From assembly GCA_964016885.1 (NCBI GenBank), contig OZ024742.1:158968001-159032000 (forward strand): a DNA stretch of 64,000 bases. Direction: 5' to 3'. This DNA is from Eledone cirrhosa. Its lineage: Eukaryota. Positions 41,825-55,645 of this stretch are shown here, piece by piece. Positions within the stretch are counted from its first letter, which is position 1, and each line of letters begins with the position of its first letter. Under the pieces are notes generated by a model. That model did no database searches. It was given only the letters and a program-made list of their open reading frames with translations, and was not told the origin of the DNA. The translations under genes and the position numbers were made by a program.

Positions 41825-43393
41825 ACACACATGTTTATATGAACACTCACACATATGCACTCATACTCTCTAAAACCATATTCATAAAATAGAATCTCTT
41901 TTACAATCTTTTTGACAATCTCATTTACCTCTCTCCCCTATAACAATTGTCTCTACCTTACATTTCCCCTCTTACCATATCCATCTGAACTCTTCACCAG
42001 TCCATTAACACAATTGGGATACACACACATATACAGAAAAATTTCCTCTCCCTAAAAATAATTTTGTCAGTGAAAAGACACAACTACCACCACTACTACT
42101 ACTATGACTACCTCTCTCCCTCTATATATAAGGTTCCATTTTAGACCCAGTCTTCTTTTCGACAAAAAAGATGAACAAAACTTCAACATTTAATTCTAAA
42201 TTTTAATTTTTTAATTCTTTTTAATTCTTTTAATTGTAATATTCAACATTTGATAAGATGGATTACACTGATACATCGAAAGCGATTATATTTAATATAT
42301 TTTATATACATTATAAAACTCCTTTTTTTTTTTAATTGTTCCTCTCATTTTTTCAATAAAGGCACTTTGACGAATCAAAGAATAAAAAAGAAAAACAGAT
42401 CCTTTAAATATATTTTTCGTGCTATTTCCTATTCCATTTTTTCTCTATAACCTCTCTTTTGTATAGAACCGTACTCCCATTTCAAATATATATATATAAT
42501 GGCATGACACTCCTAAAATCTATCAATGGTTAAACATAATATTTTATATATTAAAATTTTATTTTTATCGTTTACATTTTTAATAACTTTACAGTGATGA
42601 AGAAGGGCGTTGGTGAAAAGTTTGGAAACTACTGTACTACGTAATTGCTCAGCCTGCTAAAAATAGCAATCACTGTGTCGTATTGTCAAAACTATATTGT
42701 ATTGTCTTACAAGAATGGAGCTATTCAGTAAACTATCAAAGTATTACTGAAACAATTATCATCTAAATCTAGAAAGTTTATGTGTATAGAACTGCTTAAA
42801 ATTTACAAATTTCAAAAATACATTCCGCGTGAAAAACAATAGGTTAGTTATATTCAGTATATAGAATAATATGGTTTTAGATACACTGTTATTGGTTTTT
42901 AACTGATGGAATAACCATGGCTTGAAAACCTTTGATTAGAGGTCAGTGAAATAGGAGCTGAGCTAAACTGGATTAAACAATAACAATAATAACCGCAGTA
43001 GTAGCAACATAAGATAGGGTTTAGGTTTTTTAATTCCTGGTGGAGTGATAGGGGTGCCATCATGATACACGACGTGCCTTGGACGTTTTTAAACCTAGTG
43101 AGGTACATCCGTCTCCAAGTCGAAATACTGCCAATTTCTTCCAAAGAAAGAAATAAAGACCGACAAAGAAAGAGAGATAAAGAGAGATGGAGGAGGAATC
43201 GATACAAGTACTGAAGTGACATTATTTATCGACCTAAAAAGCTTAAAAGGCAAAGTCGGCCTCGGCAGTATTCGAACTCAGAGCGCAGTAGGCAAAAGCA
43301 AATACCACAACATTTTGAATCCGACACCCTATGCTGTTCGAAGCAACGTATGAAAATATCAGAGATATTTTCATAGATTAATAACTCAATAAA

Positions 43394-43534
<141 letters not shown>

Positions 43535-44649
43535 GGCGCCGATAGAGCATGTATGATTGGATGGATGGATGGCTGAATAGATAGGTGGGTGGGTTTGGGC
43601 TTGTGGATGGATAAAGAGACAGATAGATAGAGCGAGAGAGAAGACGGACATGTAAATAGATAAATAGAGAGAGAAAAAGATAAAATAGATATATAGATAG
43701 AGAAAGAGAGAGTGAAAGAGATAGAGAGAGAGAGAGAGAGAGGGGGGGGAGATTAGTCTGTGTTAAATCAAAGACTAGAAGAAAAATACGTAAAACGTTG
43801 AACGTTGGCGTTTGCTGAGACATTCCATCAAAATCGAAATTATGTTGTAAAGATGTGAAATAAAATAGTTACATTGACAATTGAGATATCTGGAACTATA
43901 TTATCTAATCATTTTTTAGAATCTTAGAATTCCAATAAATGAAATAGCATTTTTTTTTTAAAGAATTATATGATTTATTTTCTTCGGTTTCTATTGTTTT
44001 CTTGTATATTTGTATCCCCTTTCTCTCTACCTCTCCCGCTTATCTACATCTTTATCTCTGTCTAGCTATCAATCTATTGGTCTGACTATCTATCTTTATT
44101 TGATTTAAACAAACACGGCAGACAGATTCTGAATTCCAAACGTCAAAATAACAATATTTATAGCCAGAGATCAAAGAGTTAGAAATAATTTTTTAAAGAG
44201 CAATTGAATTTTTGTGAATCTCTCTTAATTGACGTAACAGAGAGAACGAGGTAGAGGGAGAAAGTAGGAACAAAAATCTCGATAAATCTTCATTAAATAT
44301 TTATATGCGAACTGTGATTAACAGTACTTCATCAGTATATTATTTAGTCATAATCTAAGAGGTTAATTCTTCAAACTGTATTTAAAATATTTCCTGTCAT
44401 TCTGATGAGGTTTGAAGGTGGCAAACATGAATTGAACACAAAGTGCATACACATATTTATTCATAGAACCCACTCCTCATTCTATGGCTGTTGTTATTGT
44501 GGCGGTGGGGGTCGTATGAACTTACATCTCAGGAGGTTTTTGGGGTGCCATAATTTTTCCAGTGACAAAAGGAGGAAAATAGAGCCTAGATTTTAGATTT
44601 GGCGTGGGCTTTGCATGGACCTGCTTGTTACACATTTTAATTACGTTTT

Positions 44650-44793
44650 GACTTCAAAATCCCACCGAGGTTAATTTTGCTTTTCATCCTTAAGAAGTTG
44701 ATAAAATAAAGTATTATTAACGCACTGAGATCGATTTAAGTGACTTTGCCCATCCCTCTAAATTGCTGGCCTTGTGTCAAAAGTAGAAACAAT
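44650..44793 (+). mobile_element. tRNA-derived SINE, partial
   Basis: Family core and 3' end gtagaaacaatta. Confidence 0.8.
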
Positions 44794-45549
44794 TATGATA
44801 TTGATGTATTACATAGACAGAGTGCCACACAAACGTTAAGTAAATGATATGGTCGAATACATCATTTTCAGTACTTTACTAGTACGAAAATAGAAATAAA
44901 TGAGGTTCTGTGGTAATGTGTTGAGACTATAGACGTAGGACTGCAATAGTAGTCGTGAGAATCTCCGATTCAAGCAAAGTAGCGGTCAAATATGCAAACA
45001 AAGAAAGATGTAAAAAATTACAATCTTCTTTTAGAAAATTACTATAATTTTCTGTGAAAAGAAAAGACAAGCTTTCGAGAAATAATTTGCTCTGAAACCT
45101 TACATTTGTGTCATGGCATTTTAATTGCGGGAAAATGTGGGGAAATATTTGTTTAGAGTTGGGTTGAATACAAGAACAAAGAATTTGCTAATGTCAACAA
45201 GTAGAGTTCTTGGTGGAGAGCATGAGGAGTAAATGTTAAAACAAACTATTTTGATGTCATTCTCGAATTTCACCATTCATGGGTGGAAGATGATTACATA
45301 ATCCTGAAGAACAAATGCCGTATAACAACTGAAGGAAATGTACGTGAAGTTACAAGACCTTCTTATCCTTTTCATCTTCTTCTGGACCCAACAAGCAATT
45401 GTTCACAATTCGTGGAAAACACAATAGCAGGTTTATCGCGATTGCGACAGCCTTCTTCTTCTGTAAAACAATTGACCACAACCGTCAATTGGTTCATGTT
45501 CTGGAGATATAAATCACAGTAGCTTTGATCATTGATGGAAGACAAAAAT

Positions 45550-45930
45550 GGTCGTTTCACTCTACTCTCAATATACAAGACTACATTTCGTGTATTGACA
45601 AAAGCTACTTCAATGACAGCTAACCGTCGTTACTGATGTGGAATGTGCACAACTGAAATGCCGACATTTGTGATGTTAGTTTATTTAATGTCCTTCCGAG
45701 GCAATGTACTCCCTGATATAATGAACGTTCTTCTTAATGATATTGAATAATGTTAATTATTATCAGTCCAGCCTTGGGTTATTAATTATACTCGTAATTG
45801 TCTTTTGCACCTTTCCATTCGGGATGAGACGTGACTATAGTTGTTAGATATTCATCACTCTTCGCGTTTCTCTATAATCAGAAGAACATACATGCCAATC
45901 TGAAGTGTTAGGTCCACACTACTGACAAAG
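45550..45930. repeat. Dispersed repeat of about 350 bp (second copy about 48695-49010), unclassified
   Basis: Colinear similarity from tcgtttcact..actctcaatatacaagactacattt onward. Confidence 0.75.
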
Positions 45931-46039
45931 AAGTTCGATAGCCTCCTCACTAACAAAAATGGAGATAACTAGAATTGCTGATTCAACGCCTCAAAAGTGG
46001 GTATAAATCAAGGAAAAGAAACCTGATAACCTAGTGCAT

Positions 46040-46310
46040 TCGGTGACTAACCCAGGCATCGTTCTTCGTCAGGCTGAAGAGAGAAAACTAACGAAATATC
46101 GGTCACTCTCCGATATGTTTGTGGTCGAATATGTAGCAGTGGATATTTCCGGCATTCGTTACCCCCGGACTACCTCTCTATTTACTACTATCATGGCGGA
46201 GTTGACTACCTGCAGAAGCGAGCCTAGCCAACTGGAATGACTATTCCAACACCTCTCCCTCACTATCCTCCGGAGCAACGTTTTCTCCATTCTGTCTGCT
46301 GAGACCACGA
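46040..46310 (+). pseudogene. 3' fragment of a CRE/NeSL-like non-LTR element (restriction-like endonuclease end)
   Basis: AEERKLTKYRSLSDMF...VAVDISG...LFQHLSLTILRSN fits the E..K..KY..L / AVETxG / QRLS..RGN pattern; homologous to 59000-59275. Confidence 0.7.
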
Positions 46311-47091
46311 GGCGGCCTACATATAGGCTCCCAAACATAAGAGAACGCTCCCAACTCCGCCGGGGCTCGTATCACTGTGGTAGCGATGCTGGGTCATACT
46401 GTCTCTAGTTGGGCACATTACATTAATACTCACCTCCTCAACTGTTTATCTAAATAGTCCTCCAACTGTTGTACAAAACGTTCATTTGAAAAAGTGTTAT
46501 TCTTATTCTGAAAATCCTGTGGCAGACTGCCGTTCTATCCAGGGTTTAATCACAGACTGTGTAATCTAGATTCGGTAATTGACTGAAAGACATCCTCCTA
46601 CATACACGCCAAGTATGAACGTACATCTGGTTAATTCAAACCAACAATACCACCAGCTCTGAAAATGTTTTTTCCGCCACCCTCAAAGAATATGCCTCTA
46701 AATCTCGACCTCCTGTACTCTCCTAACTTTTCAATCTCTCTTTTGTTTGTATTTTGGTGTGAAGATGATACCAATTTAAGTGAGCTTCCTACAATATTTC
46801 AGAGTTGTGATTGTTTGGCAACTGACTAGATCTGAGAGAGCGTTTTGAAACTGAAGCAATTATATCTTTTAGAAACCCACATAAAAATTATTTCGCTTTT
46901 CATTTATTTTCTCAAAAAGAATTTAAAAAATGAATATAACAGAGGGAGAGAGTATGTGTGTGAATGGTAATCCATAAACCCCATTCCACTACCATTGTGT
47001 CCACTACAACACCAGGCTACATTAATCCGCCACCATTTTGTTCGTTATACCATTTCTGCAAACCCAACACATTCAAACTTCAAAATAATAT

Positions 47092-47309
47092 TGATTTCTA
47101 ATTCAGGAACAAGTCCGAAAAACTTAAGGGGGAACAGAAAGCAAAGTTGACTAAATAAAACCCTGTACTGACTGCTACTTTAATTTATCGACTCTCTGGA
47201 AGGCTGAAAAGCAAAGTTGACCATGGCAAGATTTGAACCCAGAATGTTAAAAGCCAGAACAAATAACGCAATGGTATTGTATCCGATGCTCTACCAATTC
47301 CGCCAATCC
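47092..47309 (-). mobile_element. tRNA-derived SINE, diverged
   Basis: Family core and A/B-box remnants. Confidence 0.75.
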
Positions 47310-49042
47310 ATCAAAATAATATTGCAAACTAATCTAAAATTAATATGTGCGTGTTTCTCACACAAAAAGAATTCTATTTGAGAAAAAACTTTTGTGGGTT
47401 TTTTTGTTTTGTTGTTTTGTTTCTTTCTTTTTTGTTTCTTTTTTTTTTTTTCTTTAACTTCTGTGTACCAAGAGTAAAAAGTAAAGTGCTGATGTATCAT
47501 GTTGCCGAAGACTTGATTTCTGTCTTAATTTATTATGCCGCATTCCAAAGAATATAATTAAGACATTGCCAGTGACAGTTATGGACAACAACGTAAATTT
47601 ATAAATATTGTTTACCACAGAGGCTCTCTGGTGTAACAGACAAAATCTCAATGAGCTGAAATCTTGCTCCGATTTTCAGTCGAGCTTCTCTTCAACTGCT
47701 CTGCAAAAGCCTTTAGGGAAAGGTATAAATATCACAGAATCATTTTTTCCTTTTGCTATAAAGCACATCTCAGTACACATCTAAAACATAAATCGATATC
47801 GTCTGCCTGAAATAATCAGATGAACCTCATTGAAATTATTCACCCATTGTTGTATGTTTATTAACTCTGTTTTTACCCATCCAGTCTCGTGTTCGTTTCG
47901 GTTTTATTTTTTACTTCTAACGCAAGGAAAGACAAAAGAACAATATCTTTCTCTCCTGGGTTGAAACTATTTTTTTTTTATTTTGTTAGGTTTTCGTTTT
48001 TGAGATTTTTTAGGGGATTTTTTTTTTTATTTTTATACCTTTTTTCTTTGACGATTTTTCAAAATAGCAATATAAATGGTTTTATTTATTTCTATTTGTT
48101 CGTTGCTAATAAAAGAAATTTTAATGATCTTTTGAGGCTTTTTTAGTTCAAAGACTTCAATGAGGTTGAGGCCATCAATAGAGATAGTTTGTAACAAAAA
48201 CCACACGATGTAATTACGTCCATAAAACTTCGGGTGGGGAGAAAGAAAAGAAATCGTGGTGGCAGTAGTAGATGAAACATCATCATAACTTAGTAGCAAT
48301 GCACGTGATCTACGTGAAGTTCAAAACTGAGACTAAAAAAATTAGGGAGGGGGTGAAGAGGTCATCAAAACTGTTAGAGTCAAATATTGAAACTTTCTAC
48401 CATTAAGGAAGCTTTAAGAATGGTTGTTGGCAGATAAGTAGAGCGTTGGGCAAAATGCCTTGTTGTGTTTACTTATATCCTGACTTTAAATCCTGTGTGT
48501 AAAGCTCTTGGGTCGATTTAATAAATTAGATTTGCCCTCCTTCCAAAAATATGTGGCTGTGTTCCAATGTTAGAAATCATTCTGAAATCTTCAATCAGGA
48601 ATCAGCTTAGCCTGTGACTCAAATGATTTTACTCTCTTTTCAAAGAAACATTATATAACGCTATGTTCTTTATAGAAATAACGTTTCTTGAAATCGTTTC
48701 ACTTTACTCTCAATATACAAGACTACATTTTGTGTTTTGACAACCGTTGTTGGGGTGGGATGTGCGCAGCTGAAATGCAGATATGTGTGATGTAAGTTTA
48801 TTTAATGTTCCTCTTAATGATATTGAATAATGTTAATTATTGTCAATCCAACCATGAGTTATTAATTATACTGGTAACTCTCTTTTGCAGTTATTCCTTC
48901 AGTATAGGACGTGGCTATAGCTGTTAGATATCCATCCCTCTGTACGTTTCTCCGTAACCAGAAGGACTTTCTGGCCAGTTTGGATCTTTAGACTGGCGTT
49001 ACTGATAGACTAAATTCGTAGCATCCTTTAGGCTGATAATTA

Positions 49043-49445
49043 TGTTTAACATAGGCAAAGGGCCAACAATTTGGAGGGAAGGAAAATTCGATTAAATTGA
49101 ACTCAGTACTTTACTGGTACTTTATTTTTATCCACCTAGAAAGAATTAAAGACAAAGTTGAGTTCGGCGGGAGCTGAACTCAAAAGTCGTAACGAAATAC
49201 CTCAGGAGCCGTAACGAAATAACACAAAACATTTTGTCCGATGCTCTATCTATTCTGTCAATCCATAGGCCAGCAGTTTGGAAATTGATTAAATTGACAT
49301 CGGTGCTTGACATGTACTTTTTATATCGGTCCCTGAATAATAAAAGGCACAAATGACTTCAACGGGATTTTAACTCAGGGCATAAAGGTCTTAACTATAT
49401 ACTGCAAAACATTTTGTCTGACACTTTAATAATTCCGTTAACCAG
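49043..49445 (-). mobile_element. Two tandem diverged tRNA-derived SINEs
   Basis: Family motifs at about 49043-49264 and 49267-49445. Confidence 0.7.
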
Positions 49446-49554
49446 CGCCCTAACATTTATGCTAATAATAATAGTAATCTATAATGATACACCACATAAA
49501 ATTGTATATTTACAGACACACACACAAACCCATACGCACACACACGCACACACA

Positions 49555-49614
<60 letters not shown>

Positions 49615-49617
<3 letters not shown>

Positions 49618-49739
49618 GGTGGCCCAAAAGTCGCAATACATAGGAAATTTTTAAGTTTCCATATTTATTTATTTTGAATAAATTGTTTCTTATAAAACAT
49701 AATTATATTTTTAGGTATCGAGACTTTTGGGCCACCCTA
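49615..49739. mobile_element. Tc1/mariner-type MITE (125 bp)
   Basis: TIRs cagggtggcccaaaagtc / gacttttgggccacccta, flanked by TA. Confidence 0.8.
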
Positions 49740-49753
49740 TATATATGTGTGTG

Positions 49754-49830
<77 letters not shown>

Positions 49831-50096
49831 AAATTCGGCTTCGAAGCACAGAGAATATATGTAGAAGAAGGGGTTTATAAGTTCATGCACTGGAGAAATA
49901 ATAACTAATAGAAAATGTGAAATGTTTACAGTTACTGCTGCTAATCATAATTTTAATGAGTTGATCCTAAATATTCACAATTTCTGAAAATTCTTCTAAA
50001 TAAATACATTACTGACATTACAAAATCAATAATAGTTGAACGTCTCATATCTGGTATGTATGTATATATATATATATATATATAGAAATATATATA

Positions 50097-50475
50097 TATA
50101 TAATACAAGGACGATTTGTTATGCCTTCATTACGTTTATTGATTAGAGACACGCATTTCGCGATTGATCAGCTCAAGGTTCGATCTGTATTGATCTGGCC
50201 CGACTCTGGAATCAAAAGCTCGTCGGACCTCATTACTACAACAAAGGTCCTACGAGCTATTGATTCCAGAGTCGGGCCAGGTCGATACAGATCGAACCTT
50301 GAGCAGATCAATAGCGAAACGCGCGTCACAAATCAATAAACGTAATAAAGGCTTAACAACTCGTCCTTGTATTATTATATTACACTCTGTCTAGCTCTAC
50401 ACCTCGCCAATGATGTGAACCTAAACATAGAGTGCTCACCTGGGTAAACCTTCAGTAATTTCACGTTACACTCCC
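50097..50475 (+). mobile_element. Fold-back mini-element with hammerhead 3' half and tail, in (TA)n
   Basis: Arms about 50097-50230 / 50244-50380. GAAA-CGCGCG-UC at 50316-50327, then AATAAA; tail 50381-50475. Confidence 0.8.
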
Positions 50476-50792
50476 TATATATAAATATATAGGTTGTTAT
50501 ATATAAGTTCTCTTAGAAGTGTGGAATGTATACACCTAACACAGGCTGAGGAACATGGCTGAATACGATTCCAACACTGATTTCTGGCGAAACTTTATCT
50601 CTGAGTTTGTACGTGTATGATATATAGTCATAAAATGTTGCTTTGACGAATCAGGGAGGAGAAGGGAAGGAATGGCGGGCCATTAAATGTGTTTTCCGTG
50701 CTATTTCCAATTTCACATTTTCTCTCTCTCTATATATATATATAATAAGTAAAAGCGAAGTAGTTTCAGATGTTCAAGTCCTTTAATAATAA

Positions 50793-50859
50793 TTGTTTCT
50801 ACTTTAGGCACAAGGCCAGCAATTACCCAGTAAGGATGAAAGGCAAAGTTAACCTCGGC
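50793..50859 (-). mobile_element. Internally deleted, 5'-truncated SINE
   Basis: SINE 3' end fused to taaggatgaaaggcaaagttaacctcggc; aataataat on both sides. Confidence 0.8.
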
Positions 50860-50868
50860 AATAATAAT

Positions 50869-50942
50869 GCTGTGATATATATTTCAATGACGACACTGGC
50901 CACACTGTTCTGTGTGCGAGTGTGGTGACATCATCAGACAGC
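50869..50942 (-). ncRNA. Type I hammerhead ribozyme with irregular extended stem II
   Basis: GCUGU-CUGAUGA-(45 nt including CCACACU/AGUGUGG)-GAAA-UAUAUA-UC-ACAGC; perfect 5-bp stem I. Confidence 0.72.
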
Positions 50943-51279
50943 TTGTTACATAATAAGGTTATGTTTCCGAGGCAATCCAAGTTGAATCGACATGGGAACG
51001 GACGAAGTGTGTGCTTTTGGGTTCTTCATCCGTTCCCCTGTGAGTACCAATTCACCCCACCGGTCTGCGCAGGCGCATGTCCGAAGGAAGTTGACCATTA
51101 GCTACCGCAGATATCAACGAAATTCGCTTAGTCAGTTCACCCTCTCAGCCAAACAATGACCCATCTAGGCCTGTACCATAGTTTACTGCTACCCATCTCG
51201 TTCGATATTTACTCCGTCACTCCTATGTGGAAAAAGTACGTTGAGTGCTTGAATTGAATTGCATCAATGTTTACCCTAA

Positions 51280-51336
<57 letters not shown>

Positions 51337-51339
<3 letters not shown>

Positions 51340-51510
51340 AAGGGTGTGGTAAAATACCAAGTGGACCATAACTTACCAGAGTACTCGATACTTGAGGTAG
51401 TCGAGTGGGTAATATGAGAAGATTCAGGACCCGACGGCGAGATCCGGCCGTTTCGACAGCTAGATCCGAACAGTTTGGATCTAGCTGTCGGGTCCTGAAT
51501 CTTTTCATAT
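51337..51510 (-). mobile_element. Diverged family A fold-back mini-element
   Basis: Tail homologous to 11861-11940; internal inverted repeats; (TA)n flanks. Confidence 0.8.
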
Positions 51511-51512
51511 AC

Positions 51513-51553
<41 letters not shown>

Positions 51554-52257
51554 TATATATATATGTGTGTGTGTGTGCGCGCGCGCCCGTGTTGCGCTGT
51601 GTAAGTGAGTGTGTTGTTTTCATCTAGGTTTTCTAAGAAGTGTGGCGTGACTAAAATGAAGGAAGCCAAACTAAGATACGAGTAAAAGATGAAAGGTTTC
51701 TTGAATAAAAAAGAAAGCCTCAGGCCTATTTTTTTTTGGGGGCGGGGGGGGGGGGGCATTTTTAAGATGGTGGAAGACACCTCAACTCTTATCATATATT
51801 GCAAGCACATATACTGTGTGAGTGGTGTAACACAGATGCATACACTCGTAGGATACGTATGACTATGCATACGAATATGAATACCCACACCGATATACAT
51901 TCAAAATATTACATATAACTGTATGTGTAGGTACATATATATATATATCCGACTGTGGTTGACGTGCGTGTGTAGTAATAATATAACTTCATTCTGTACC
52001 ACCAGCGGTTTCAAGACAAAAACATGTACTTTTCCGAAAACAACTAATGATTTAGACGTGTCTTCGTCTTGAAACCGCTTGTAATGCGGAAATAATTCAT
52101 ACTGTTTTCTCTTTTCTTTCGTTTGTGCCCATAACTATATGTGTGTGTGCATATACATATAAGTAGTATAGTTAATATGAAGCATTGTGGGATATGTAGT
52201 AAGTGAATAGAATTTCAGAAAGCTGGTAGAATGCGAATAGAAATATATATATATATA

Positions 52258-53140
52258 TATATTCGTAAAATTTGAGTATTCTCAGTGCGAAGGGTAGCCG
52301 TTACCAGCTGTAAACTATTTGAATAATAGAATTGGGGGTGGGGGGTTTTTAAGATATAACCACGAATCGAACGCAGAGTGTGAGAGAGAGAGAATGAGAG
52401 ATAAGAAGTGAGGGAGTTGTATAGAGAGTGTGTGATGTGTGTGTGTGAGGAAAGGAGAAAAAGGATCAGAACGATGGGGAGACGGATATAAAGATTGAGT
52501 GATAGATTAACAAGAACAAGGTACCTAATGTATTTGGATCGTCAGTCCCCTATCAACAATTAACGATATTATATCGTAACATAGTTTCTCACGTGAGGGG
52601 GGACTATGCCTAGACAAGACTAGAATTATTGAACGCGCAACAGGGATCAAATCTCTGTTGTCCAACGCTAGAGAAGAGAGCAATGAGGGACGTCCAACTC
52701 AGCAGTGAGCGACGAGAGAAAGCAAGGCTGCTCGGGCAGTTGCAATAGTATGTGGAAATAGCATTAGCAGCAGTGGCAAAAGGAAGAAGAGGAGGGGGGA
52801 GCCAAAGGCGGGAGATACAAAGATGGAGCGTTTACCATACAAATGGGGAGGACTGCAGCAACAAGCGGAAGCAACAGTGATGAAAACAAAACAAAGGGAG
52901 GCGAAAATAGGGATATAATAAAGATGTGAAGAGTTACCTGTCTCTTGTACGATTTCCGTTCTGTGTAGAAAGCCTGATCTGGCTCAAGTTATGTATAAAA
53001 CATTAATTGGAATGGTTTGAAGCGATGAGTGCATATGAATATTCGTAAAATTTGAGTATTCTCAGCGCGAAAGGTAGGAGTTACCAGCTGTATACTATTT
53101 GCATAGTAAAATTTTTGGGGTTAAAATATAGCCACGATAT
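52258..53140. repeat. Pair of about 105-bp direct repeats (52258-52365, 53038-53140), possibly PLE tail remnants
   Basis: atattcgtaaaatttgagtattctcag...ttaccagctgta...ccacga occurs twice. Confidence 0.65.
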
Positions 53141-53459
53141 ATTCAATGTGGTCTACCTTTCGTGGTAGGGTCTATACCGTAGTTAGCAAGTAATTCAGTG
53201 GGATCCAGAGATAGGTTCTGTGTTTCGCTGAGTCAATCCTTTAGATACAGAGTTTGATATATTCGCATACACACCGTCTTCTTCCGAAGAAGACGGTGTG
53301 ATCGAACCTATATATTATGTCTGATAGTATACAGTTCGCTAACTGCTATATATCAGTCAATATATCAATCTGATCAACCCTCCGAAACTATCTCAAAACA
53401 ATGAAATGAATATGTAAAATATCTTGCCTTCGTTATTATTATCATTGTTAAACTAATAT

Positions 53460-53462
<3 letters not shown>
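53140..53462. mobile_element. Rearranged homologue of 18041-18408 (inverted tail plus long-stem-II hammerhead-like motif)
   Basis: ccgaagaagacgg...tgatcaaccctccgaaactatctcaaaacaat; short palindrome cacaccgtcttcttccgaagaagacggtgtg at the junction. Confidence 0.78.
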
Positions 53463-53504
<42 letters not shown>

Positions 53505-53711
53505 TGTTATACTTGGGGAGGGTCATATTTGTGTAATATTGCCAGAATTAATAACAGAACACACTCACTGTTTGGTTGGTTTTCGCTTCCCGCTTCTGTG
53601 TCTTTTATATCGGTAATCTTACTTACTCGGTCCTCAATGTCGCCATTGACTGACCGGCGGTCAAAAATAATACAGATACAATATAGACACAAACACATAT
53701 ATACAGTTTTT

Positions 53712-53753
53712 ATCATAAATCTTTTGTTGCACATCTGCAACATCGTCAGTGGT
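53712..53753 (-). ncRNA. Decayed minimal hammerhead in a pseudo-LTR related to the 37784 family
   Basis: ACCA-CUGACGA-U-GUUGCA-GAUG-UGCAAC-AAAA-GAUU-UA-UGAU; GAAA changed to AAAA, consistent with CpG decay. Confidence 0.6.
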
Positions 53754-53845
53754 GCTATATTTTCCTCCTGTTGTATTGTATGTCTACGCCATTTTTATTC
53801 AGTCAGTCTATATATTTATTTATTTATTTGCTTGTTCGTTTAAAA

Positions 53846-54310
53846 TAAAATAAGTAAGTCAAACATGTAAAATTTGGCTTCGTTTATTATAAATTCTCTG
53901 CTATATATATTTCGGTGACAGCTATTATTGGCTGTGACCTCTTCAGGCAGTACGAATTAATGCGGAAAAGACAGGTAAACATGTTGTTGAAATGTGTTCC
54001 ACTCTGTCAATTCATCAATATGTCCAGCCCCTGTGTGTGTTGTTAGTCCTCCGAGGAACTGGATATGATACATTTCAACAACATATTTACCTGTCTTTTC
54101 CACATTAATTCAGACTGCCAGAAGAGGTCACAGCCAATAATAGTTGTCACTGAAATATATATAGCAGAGAATTTATAATAAACGAGCCAAATTTTACATG
54201 TTTGACTTACTTATTTTACATTACTCCGGAGTAAACAAACCAACCTGCGTACTTCGTCGAGTGCTCCAATCTGCATACTGATGTGTCGGTAAACAACCAA
54301 TATATACTCA
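53846..54310. mobile_element. Fold-back mini-element with a hammerhead in each arm and a tail
   Basis: Arms about 53846-53995 / 54070-54218; tail 54219-54310. Confidence 0.88.
53898..53950 (-). ncRNA. Minimal type I hammerhead ribozyme (mutated mirror copy at 54115-54167, plus strand)
   Basis: CUGC-CUGAAGA-GGUCACAGC-CAAUAAUA-GCUGUCACC-GAAA-UAUAUA-UA-GCAG. Confidence 0.83.
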
Positions 54311-54326
54311 ATATATATATATATAT

Positions 54327-54878
54327 ATAAAGTATTAAAAAAATAATGAATAAAACAATGAAACAGTTCCTTATATTAAACAAAAAAAGTTCATTATTTA
54401 ACGATCGTTTCTAGGACATATATGTGTTAGAATTGGCATGCATATTCAACAGATCTATGTACAAAATTATACAAAATTATACAAAATTATACAAACTATC
54501 AAATATAATATACATACCAAACACATACATATGCCGTCTTCTGAAGACGGCATATGTATGTGTTTGGTATGTATATTATATTTGATAGTTTGTATAATTT
54601 TGTATAATTTTGTACATAGATCTGTTGAATATGCATGCCAATTCTAACACATATATGTCCTAGAAACGATCGTTAAATAATGAACTTTTTTTGTTTAATA
54701 TAAGGAACTGTTTCATTGTTTTATTCATTATTTTTTTAATACTTTATCTTGACTCTGTATTCCGTTTATCTTTCACCGAAAGTGATTTTTGAATGCATCT
54801 CTTCTTTCCATGATATCCGGATTACATTGAGTTCTTCATACGGATTGGACACTACCGTAAACTCTTGGTAGATTTATC
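54327..54878 (+). mobile_element. Near-perfect 420-bp palindrome centred in a hammerhead core, plus tail
   Basis: Axis at 54542 inside CUGAAGA (54541-54547). GAAA-CGAUCG-UU at 54663-54674; tail 54748-54878. Confidence 0.85.
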
Positions 54879-55346
54879 TATATATATATATATATGTAAA
54901 TATGATAATAATGGAGCTGCGGCGCTGCAAATGGGTTACATATGAAAAAGTTTGTCCTCATCAGTGGCCTTCCAACCGTCGTAGGCATTTCGTCGCATTA
55001 AAGGCCATATACCTCAGGTTGGTGCGAGCAACAGCTAAAAAAAGTCGTTGGGACACGTAAATAAAGGGGGCGCTAGGGTAAACAAACAAAATGGTTTAAG
55101 CAACAGAAAGTGATGAAGAAGAAAGAAACAAGTCCCAGATTTCTATGAATATAAATTCGGTGGAATCGTGAACGAGAGAATAAAGACCATCAAACCTGGT
55201 TGAAATGTGAGCAAGGAAGGAATTTCGCACAGGTCTAACGGGAGGAAGAAGGGGTCTGGTCTGCGAATTCGGTAAACATAAGTTCTGTGAAGTCACAGAC
55301 GAGAGAGAGAGAAAAAAAATTCATACCGGCTTGGCCAAGTGCCCGC

Positions 55347-55388
<42 letters not shown>

Positions 55389-55645
55389 GTGTGTATGTGT
55401 GTGTGTGTGTTACTAAGGTGGTATTGGGGTAAAGGATGACAAATAAAACAAAAGAAAATAGTGGGGTTTTTTTACCCAATATATTTTATAATATTTCAAA
55501 GTAAATGCCATCTTTTCAAATGAAAAATCGAACAACGATGCGTCCTCCTCTAATGGATCTTTCCTGTGCTGTAGGTGGAGATTGTGTATGCGTGGATCAG
55601 TCATAACATCTACTCTACTCCATGTAACTCCGTTTTATTGTTCCT

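Noticed and set aside
44402-44440. CTGATGA followed by a small hairpin
   Set aside because: No properly placed GAAA or stem I; likely chance.
45436-45516. Possible minus-strand terminal exon (tatctccag then HEPIDGCGQLFYRRRRLSQSR-stop)
   Set aside because: Short, no recognisable homology and no supportable partner exons; would need RNA-seq.
50542-50603. CAGG-CUGAGGA...GAAA-CUUUA-UC-UCUG hammerhead-like match
   Set aside because: Stem II does not pair and stem III is not palindromic; at best a decayed remnant.
52520-52900. Possible decayed PLE endonuclease C-terminus on the minus strand
   Set aside because: Similarity too weak to support by eye.
54945-54968. Minus-strand CTGATGAGGAC
   Set aside because: No downstream GTCC-GAAA half.
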